Source: a virus (lineage: Duplodnaviria > Heunggongvirae > Uroviricota > Caudoviricetes). From it: a DNA stretch of 38,591 nucleotides. The notes below the pieces were generated by a model, which made no database searches, had not been told where the DNA came from, and saw only the letters and a list, made by a program, of their open reading frames with translations. The position numbers and the translations under genes were made by a program. The stretch lies in the IMG/VR virus record IMGVR_UViG_2541047697_000006. The stretch is one strand, 5' to 3'. Of this stretch, positions 32,602 through 38,591 are shown piece after piece; position 1 is the first letter of the stretch; each line of letters begins with the position of its first letter.

Positions 32602-32684
32602 CCGCCTGAGCGCGGCTTTACCGCATACCAATAATGCTTCACGAGAGGCATTTTCGTTATGCAATCAAATATAAGGAGTTACCC

Positions 32685-32819
32685 ATGATGCACTTTCAGC
32701 TCGCGGGTAGCGGCGTCATGTCCGCTTTCTACCCGCACGAATCTGAATTATCACGCCGAGTTAAACAATTAATCAGAGCAGCAAAGAAACAACTGGAGGC
32801 GTTATGCGCAATGAAATAG
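32685..32819 (+). CDS. CIII-like protein (putative FtsH-inhibitory peptide)
   Basis: ATG 32685 with AAGGAG upstream; MMHFQLAGSGVMSAFYPHESELSRRVKQLIRAAKK fits the cIII pattern (A.AG...P.ES.L.R....L). Confidence 0.45.
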   Translation: MMHFQLAGSGVMSAFYPHESELSRRVKQLIRAAKKQLEALCAMK

Positions 32820-32956
32820 CCATTAATCACCAGATGCTTCGTGCTGCACAGAACAAAGCAGTAATAGCCCGATTTATTGGTGATTCAAAAATGTGGCTTG
32901 AAGCAAATAAAGCGATGAAATCAGCTATCAACCTTCCATGGTATCGCAGGAAATGA
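32804..32956 (+). CDS. Kil-like small protein
   Basis: 50 aa, GGAGG upstream; ...AVIARFIGDSKMW.EA... resembles lambda/P22 Kil (FIGD.KM). Not in the ORF track (below 60 aa). Confidence 0.4.
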   Translation: MRNEIAINHQMLRAAQNKAVIARFIGDSKMWLEANKAMKSAINLPWYRRK

Positions 32957-33111
32957 GTTTTACAGATAACTGGTCAGACGAAGAATTCATTCGTCAGATG
33001 AAAGAATTAATCGGTAACGAAGGAGATATGCATGCCACTTGCAACCACAGTGAAGGAGAGCAAGTTACAGAGACGCATGTACACGCAGAAAGCTCTCTGG
33101 TATCGCCATAA
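32953..33111 (+). CDS. Small hypothetical protein, translationally coupled to the kil-like gene
   Basis: ATGA overlap; 52 aa MSFTDNWSDEEFIRQMKELIGNEGDMHATCNHSEGEQVTE... Confidence 0.3.
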   Translation: MSFTDNWSDEEFIRQMKELIGNEGDMHATCNHSEGEQVTETHVHAESSLVSP

Positions 33112-33212
33112 TGGCGACCGCGAAGGAATGCGGGTATGTCTTAATTTGTCCCGAGTCGAAGTATTAAATCAGCGTTATTTCCTTGGGTCATGTCCATTCT
33201 GAGAACAATCAT

Positions 33213-33818
33213 ATGAGCAAAGAATTTTACGCAAGACTGGCAGCTATTCAGGAGAATCTGAACGCGCCAAAGAATCAGTACAACTCATTCGGTAAATATA
33301 AATACAGAAGCTGCGAAGATATTCTTGAAGGCGTTAAGCCGTTACTGAATGGCCTGTTTTTATCAATCAGCGATGAAGTTGTGTTGATTGGTGATCGGTA
33401 TTATGTGAAAGCCACGGCAACTATTACCGATGGCGAAAACAGTCATACGGCAACCGCTCTTGCACGAGAGGAAGAAAGCAAGAAAGGAATGGATTCTGCA
33501 CAAGTTACGGGAGCTACAAGCTCTTATGCACGCAAGTATTGCCTCAATGGTTTGTTCGGCATTGATGATGCGAAAGATGCAGATACCGACGAGCATAAAC
33601 ATCAGCAGAACGCAGCAGCAAAGCAATCAAAACCATCACCTACACCTGAACAGGTTCTAAAAGCATTCACTGACGCAGCAATGCAGAAAAACACCGTAGA
33701 AGAGCTTAAACAGGCGTTCGCCAAAGCGTGGAAGATGCTCGAAGGTACACCGGAGCAGCACAAAGCGCAGGACGTTTACAACATCAGACGAGACGAATTA
33801 GAAGGGGCAACTGCTTAA
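33213..33818 (+). CDS. erf: Erf single-strand annealing recombinase (P22 Erf-like)
   Basis: MSKEFYARLAAIQENLNAPKNQYNSFGKYKYRSCEDILEGVKPLLNGLFLSISDEVVLIGDRYYVKATATITDGENSH... matches P22 Erf as recalled. Confidence 0.88.
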   Translation: MSKEFYARLAAIQENLNAPKNQYNSFGKYKYRSCEDILEGVKPLLNGLFLSISDEVVLIGDRYYVKATATITDGENSHTATALAREEESKKGMDSAQVTGATSSYARKYCLNGLFGIDDAKDADTDEHKHQQNAAAKQSKPSPTPEQVLKAFTDAAMQKNTVEELKQAFAKAWKMLEGTPEQHKAQDVYNIRRDELEGATA

Positions 33819-34201
33819 TGGCACACTCGATTACTGTAAGACTAAACAAGCCAGCAAGAGAGTTTCAGGCCGGGGAAAATATCGGATTCAATATCCGTGC
33901 TGGCGTTCAGTATTACGATCGCCAGACAAAAAAGAAAGAATGGACAAACTACAGCGCCGTTGTATTTGCCAAGCCGGGAGCGCAAGCGGATTACTACCGT
34001 AGTATTCTTGTTGAAGGTGGCATTGTAGAAATTACCGGAGAAAACATCAGGGTTGATGTTTATCAGGGGCAAAATGGTCAATCAATCACTCTTGAATTAC
34101 TGAATGCAAAGATTGGATTTGCAACATCAGGAAACTGCCAACAGCAACAAAGTAGCAATCATCAAAATCATCCTGAATACGATGATTCAATTCCCTTCTA
34201 A
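33818..34201 (+). CDS. ssb: Short phage single-stranded DNA-binding protein
   Basis: 127 aa; ATG overlaps the erf stop; C-terminal acidic tail DDSIPF (compare E. coli SSB DDDIPF). Confidence 0.65.
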   Translation: MAHSITVRLNKPAREFQAGENIGFNIRAGVQYYDRQTKKKEWTNYSAVVFAKPGAQADYYRSILVEGGIVEITGENIRVDVYQGQNGQSITLELLNAKIGFATSGNCQQQQSSNHQNHPEYDDSIPF

Positions 34202-34224
34202 ATTAGCAATATAAGGATTCCATT

Positions 34225-34518
34225 ATGCCAGCGCCTATGTATGGTGCGGATGACCCGCGCCGCTGTTCCGGCAAATCAGTATCGGAGGTGCTGGATAAAT
34301 TCAGAAAAAACTACGACCTGATAATGTCGCTACCGCAGGAAACGAAAGAGGAAAAGGAATTTCGTCATTGTATATGGCTTGCAGAGAAAGAAGAACGCGA
34401 GCGAATTTACCAGACATCAATCCGACCATTCCGTAAAGCCACATATACCCACTTCCCTGAAATTGACCCACGCCTGCGTAATTACCGCTCACGCTATGGC
34501 GCTATCAGTAATGACTGA
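34225..34518 (+). CDS. Possible anti-RecBCD protein (P22 Abc2-like)
   Basis: 97 aa as in P22 Abc2, and positioned next to erf as in P22; assignment from memory only. Confidence 0.35.
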   Translation: MPAPMYGADDPRRCSGKSVSEVLDKFRKNYDLIMSLPQETKEEKEFRHCIWLAEKEERERIYQTSIRPFRKATYTHFPEIDPRLRNYRSRYGAISND

Positions 34519-34693
34519 GGAATTTACCATGAGAGGACTTGCATACAATCCCGGCATTCTTCCGGCAGAAATGATTATTCGCCAACGCGTAAAGCCAATG
34601 CCATCGAGAGAGGAATTGCTTAAGAGAAATTCTTTTCCTTCAGTGAATCAAAACAAATATCTGAATGCGATGTGGCGGAGTGGGAAGAAATGA
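34511..34693 (+). CDS. Small hypothetical early protein
   Basis: 60-aa ORF with overlapping start/stop coupling to both neighbours. Confidence 0.3.
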   Translation: MTEEFTMRGLAYNPGILPAEMIIRQRVKPMPSREELLKRNSFPSVNQNKYLNAMWRSGKK

Positions 34694-35397
34694 AACAAAT
34701 GTCACTAATTGAGATGGATGGTTTTCTGAAAGGTAAATGCATCCCACGTGATTTAAAGGTTAACGAAACAAACGCTGAATATCTTGTCCGTAAGTTCGGT
34801 GAACTTGAATCAAAACTCAACGAGCAACGCGAGTATTACGAGGGAGTAATCGCGGATGGAAGTAAGCACATAGCAGAACTGGAAAAACAATGCGCCGAAT
34901 GGGAGCGAAAAGCATTAAGCAACTTTGAAGAGTGTGCTGCGATGGCTGAACGTATCGAAGAGTTGCAGACAAAATCTGCACCAGATTCGTTTGGCATCAT
35001 CGGTGAAAATATTCGAACACAGGATAATCGAATAACGTCAGACCCTATGTTTTGTGTGTATCAAAAGCGCGAAATCGTTGTTGATGCTGATTATGACTAT
35101 GACCGGATTGTCTGGGTTGATGAAGATGGCAATGAAGCAAATAAACGCCAAAGTCGTCGTCTCGAACTACTTCATGAAAACTTTCGAGAACCACCAGAAA
35201 AATGGCGGCGCGTTGCTGTGAAAGATATTGATGAGTTCGTTACTTGCTGTTTCACCGAACAGGGGTGTAAAGACTACCTGGCAGCCAATGGTCACAATCT
35301 TCGCTTGCCATTTATATATGTAAAAAGCGGTTTCAGAAACGCTGAATATATCGGCATCAGAAACTGGCTTGCTGGCATTCGCATCAAAGGAGAGTGA
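34690..35397 (+). CDS. Hypothetical early protein (possibly Ead/Ea22-like)
   Basis: ATGA coupling with the upstream ORF; coiled-coil-like N-half; low-confidence family recollection. Confidence 0.4.
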   Translation: MKQMSLIEMDGFLKGKCIPRDLKVNETNAEYLVRKFGELESKLNEQREYYEGVIADGSKHIAELEKQCAEWERKALSNFEECAAMAERIEELQTKSAPDSFGIIGENIRTQDNRITSDPMFCVYQKREIVVDADYDYDRIVWVDEDGNEANKRQSRRLELLHENFREPPEKWRRVAVKDIDEFVTCCFTEQGCKDYLAANGHNLRLPFIYVKSGFRNAEYIGIRNWLAGIRIKGE

Positions 35398-35398
35398 G

Positions 35399-35587
35399 GT
35401 GAACGGACAAATATCAATTATTCGCCCTGGCGCTTGTGACGAAGAGATAAGGCTGATTATCCGCCTTGCGATGGGTAGAACAATAGCTGCTCTCATTACT
35501 CCAGAAAATCTCGCATTAGCATTAACCGGAAAGTCAGACCTGCCAGTAGAGCTAAAGCTGCGAAATGTTGAGATTAAGGTGAAATAG
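35399..35587 (+). CDS. Small hypothetical protein
   Basis: GTG start after AAGGAG; 62 aa. Confidence 0.3.
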   Translation: MNGQISIIRPGACDEEIRLIIRLAMGRTIAALITPENLALALTGKSDLPVELKLRNVEIKVK

Positions 35588-35589
35588 CT

Positions 35590-36306
35590 ATGACCACTAT
35601 TACCAAAGAACGTGCGGAGATTAAATCATTCATCAATGGTTTCCTGAGCGACCGGGCGCACGATAACCAATCTTCAAACAGCCTGCTTGCCAATGTGTTT
35701 CGTATCGCGCTGGCATCGCTGGTAGCAGAACCGGTGGCATATCAGTATCGCCAGTGGGATGCAGAATATGATGAATGGGGAGAATGGGAAGATTGCGGGG
35801 AATATGCTTTCGAAAGATTTGTTGAGGAAGAGAAATGCCAGGGGGCAGGTGTTCAGACCCGTAAGCTATACGCCACGCCGCCAATGCTGGTAGTGCCGGA
35901 TGAACGGGCTGCCTATGAGTTATTTATGGAGAAGCATTTCGGGGATTCTGTAGATCGCCGCAGGGCAAAAAATGGCGATAGCGAATACATGGCATGGGAT
36001 ATGGCGATTGGCTGGATTATCTGGTGTCACCGCGCCGCTATGTTTCAGGCCGGAAACTTTCGGGAAAATAAGAATTCGTCAACCAGCTCCCCGGCAACTA
36101 AGGATGGTTGGATAAGCTGTAGTGAGCGAATGCCGGAAGAAACGGGTGACATTATTGTTGTTTCGGATGGCATTGTAATGTCCGGGATTTCTTATTCTCG
36201 TCGTGACGGGTTCTATATAGCCGCATTGGAGTACGACGACGATGAACCAATTGACGGAGTAACCCACTGGATGCCTCTACCAGAACCGCCGCAGGAGGTG
36301 AAATGA
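35590..36306 (+). CDS. DUF551-domain early protein
   Basis: C-terminal WISCSERMPEETGD...GVTHWMPLPEPP is characteristic of DUF551. Confidence 0.6.
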   Translation: MTTITKERAEIKSFINGFLSDRAHDNQSSNSLLANVFRIALASLVAEPVAYQYRQWDAEYDEWGEWEDCGEYAFERFVEEEKCQGAGVQTRKLYATPPMLVVPDERAAYELFMEKHFGDSVDRRRAKNGDSEYMAWDMAIGWIIWCHRAAMFQAGNFRENKNSSTSSPATKDGWISCSERMPEETGDIIVVSDGIVMSGISYSRRDGFYIAALEYDDDEPIDGVTHWMPLPEPPQEVK

Positions 36307-36367
36307 TGCTTGGCCTGAAGTATTTTATGTAATTGGTATTGCTATATTTTTATCTGGGGATAAACGA

Positions 36368-36610
36368 ATGTTCTCTCTGATTCAACGTGGTCAGATATAC
36401 ACCGATAGCGCCGGCTATCCAGTAAAAATCATTCGTAGTACTGATCACTCAGTATTCTTCAAGAGGATGGATGGCTATCCTGGAAGGGTGTGCATCAGAA
36501 AATTCAATAATTTATTCGAACACATTGATCACAGAGAATATCACCAGATCCTGGCTGAAACAGAGCAGGAGAACCATCTGAAAAAATTACGTGCCATGCA
36601 AAGGAGATAA
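36368..36610 (+). CDS. Hypothetical protein
   Basis: 80-aa ORF in the early-left operon. Confidence 0.35.
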   Translation: MFSLIQRGQIYTDSAGYPVKIIRSTDHSVFFKRMDGYPGRVCIRKFNNLFEHIDHREYHQILAETEQENHLKKLRAMQRR

Positions 36611-36728
36611 ACCGGTAAAGGTGTTTGAGATAAAGGTGAATATTGGCAATGAATAACAATCCTCGCACTCGCGGGGATTTCTTTTATCTGAACTCGTTAC
36701 GGCGGGTTTTGTTTTATGGAGACAAGAA

Positions 36729-37073
36729 ATGTCAGATTTGGCTATGAAGGTTTTGAAATGGCAATCGACTGGCGATGTTGGCATCAGTAGCGCAACTCTT
36801 GCCTCAATCGCATGTGGACTGAAAAAGAATATCTATGGTCATAGCTTCGGTGCTCCACATGACGCAGCCGATTTCCGGCGATGCGTTGCGCTTGTCGAGC
36901 AGATTCCAGAAATCAGAGATTCATTCGACAAGGTTGCAAAGCGCGTTCCGGCATTCAAAGGCATCCTCAACGAATGGGATTCCCTCGTTGCTCTGTTGAA
37001 GTCTGAAATGAAGATACACGGAAACAAAGCACCAGAGACTTACAGAAGAATTAGCGAACTACGCAAGGACTAA
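36729..37073 (+). CDS. Hypothetical protein
   Basis: 114-aa ORF in the early-left operon. Confidence 0.35.
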   Translation: MSDLAMKVLKWQSTGDVGISSATLASIACGLKKNIYGHSFGAPHDAADFRRCVALVEQIPEIRDSFDKVAKRVPAFKGILNEWDSLVALLKSEMKIHGNKAPETYRRISELRKD

Positions 37074-37194
37074 CTATGGAATCATACAGCCTCACACTCG
37101 ATGAGGCCTGACAGTTTCTCAAGATCGCCAGATCTACCGCAACCGACAATAACCGCCACTGAACGGTTTATTTCTTTATGGAGAAACCATACAA

Positions 37195-37425
37195 ATGACA
37201 ATCAATATTCAGCCGATTCTAATAAACCGCGAGCGTGTTCAGGAGATGCTTGGTGGTATCTCCAGAACTACTTTTTACCGGAAGCGTAAACAGTGGGAGC
37301 AATCAGGGACACCATTCCCTCGGGAAGTGGAAGAAATCCACCCACCGAAAGGCGGCGCCCTCTTTCGCTACAAGGAAGTTATTCAGTTTTGCAAAGATAA
37401 AGGATTGATTTCCGAACACTCTTGA
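37195..37425 (+). CDS. AlpA-family HTH protein (putative excisionase/directionality factor)
   Basis: ERVQEMLGGISRTTFYRKRK...FP pattern of AlpA/Xis-like proteins; GGAG upstream; adjacent to int. Confidence 0.6.
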   Translation: MTINIQPILINRERVQEMLGGISRTTFYRKRKQWEQSGTPFPREVEEIHPPKGGALFRYKEVIQFCKDKGLISEHS

Positions 37426-38591
37426 ATTTTCTTAGCCCATAATTCTGCTGCGTCCTGCTGCTCGGGGATGTAGTCATACTGGTCATAAACAGCCAGCATC
37501 CCCGTGAGCTTATGCCCGAGAATTTTCTCCGAAACATGAGGTGCTACTCCAAGTTCAGCCATTTTTGTTTTGCACGTTCTGCGCAGATCGTGCAATGACC
37601 AGTGCTCGCCCCCCATAACATCTTCTACCTGTTCTGCAATAGAAATTAGGGTGCTGGCAGACATTGGGCGATTTTCCTGTAACTTAGCCGGAGGAAATAC
37701 GATTGACAGATCAGGGTATAGATCAAATACCTGCTGCAAATAATCTGCTGCGAGTTTTGAAATACCGCGAACAAATCGCTTACGCGTTTTTGAGTTCTCT
37801 TTCGGTATAGTCCATTCTCTAGACTTCAGATCAAAATCAGTCTTCTTAGCCAACCGCAATTCAACACCACGACAACCAGTTAACGCAACAATTCGAATAA
37901 ACATTTTGTTTTGCCACGACATTTTCGTTTTGTCGATGGCATTCCAGAATGCGCCTATCTCAACATCGTTAAGAAAACGTTCGCCATTATTAGGTCTACT
38001 GCCGATATCATTAATCTCAAGAAGCATCAGTGCATTTGATGTTATGCGTTTTCTGCGTAACGCATAGCGGATCACTTGCTTCATCTTCACCAGTACATTT
38101 CCCGCCTGTACGGGTGACCCACCTTTTGTTATGCGAATGAATATTTGCTCCCACTCTACAGGACTCATTTCATCTGCAATCAGCTTACCGTAATTGTCGG
38201 TGATGTGAAGTTTCAGCATCCGCTTCCAGTATTCGTACTTCACCATCTCTTTTACTGAAGGAGTATCAAACCACTCGTCAACTAGGGTACTGATGCTTGG
38301 GGAACTTGATGCAATATCTTTGGCTTTCTTCCTTTGCATGGCTGGGTCTTTACCCTTCTCCAACCACCCTTTACACTCCTCCAATGCATCGCGAGCTTCC
38401 TTAAGCGACATCTTCCCGTACGTTCCGAGCTTTAACCTGGCGGGTTTTCCATTGAAACGATAGCGGTATTGAAAGGTGATAAGTCCCTTCGGGCTGATCC
38501 TGACAGAAAGTCCGCCTCCGTCAGCTATCTCCTCAGGTCCCTCATATGCTTTTCCGGATATACGTCGCAGCTTTGTATCGTTGAGTGCCAT
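37383..38591 (-). CDS. int: Tyrosine integrase, P4 family
   Basis: 402 aa; N-terminal arm-binding-like domain; C-terminal catalytic region with HxLRRT-like (HDLRRTCKT), HxxG-like (LGHKL) and tyrosine (AVYDQYDY) motifs. Start codon is the last 3 nt of the window. Confidence 0.88.
   Translation of the reverse strand: MALNDTKLRRISGKAYEGPEEIADGGGLSVRISPKGLITFQYRYRFNGKPARLKLGTYGKMSLKEARDALEECKGWLEKGKDPAMQRKKAKDIASSSPSISTLVDEWFDTPSVKEMVKYEYWKRMLKLHITDNYGKLIADEMSPVEWEQIFIRITKGGSPVQAGNVLVKMKQVIRYALRRKRITSNALMLLEINDIGSRPNNGERFLNDVEIGAFWNAIDKTKMSWQNKMFIRIVALTGCRGVELRLAKKTDFDLKSREWTIPKENSKTRKRFVRGISKLAADYLQQVFDLYPDLSIVFPPAKLQENRPMSASTLISIAEQVEDVMGGEHWSLHDLRRTCKTKMAELGVAPHVSEKILGHKLTGMLAVYDQYDYIPEQQDAAELWAKKIQECSEINPLSLQN

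Overview
The window is almost entirely one mosaic lambdoid prophage lying in inverted orientation, with three accessory loci that merit follow-up. All protein assignments are from reading the translations and recalling lambda, 434 and P22 reference proteins; no database search was run. Layout, right to left: a P4-family tyrosine integrase at the right edge (- strand, start codon is the last base of the window); a + strand early-left operon (AlpA-like xis, DUF551 protein, abc2-like, short ssb, P22-type erf, kil-like, cIII-like, ral, lambda-type N with nutL, and a phage-434-type cI); the 434 OR1-OR3 operators; then a - strand operon with 434 cro, nutR, cII, an OOP-like antisense terminator, a lambda-O-like initiator with internal iterons, a DnaB-type helicase, nin genes (ninB, PAPS-reductase-like PP-loop protein, ninE, ninF-like, ybcO-like, rusA, ninH), a Q antiterminator, two tRNAs (Thr-UGU, Asn-GUU), lambda-type S/R/Rz/Rz1, KilA-N and gp49-like morons, and a P22-like packaging/head/ejection/tailspike module. 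Main points of interest: (1) two paralogous signal-peptide proteins, one translationally coupled to cI in the rexAB position and one in the sieA/immI position; (2) an AT-rich KAP-family P-loop NTPase at the left edge, convergent with a small two-TM protein coupled to the tailspike; (3) a small HEXXH protein and a Gly/Lys-rich protein replacing arc/ant next to an Mnt homolog; (4) in-frame TGA codons at sense positions in both the large terminase and the Mnt homolog, suggesting a packaging-defective prophage. No CRISPR array or rRNA was seen.
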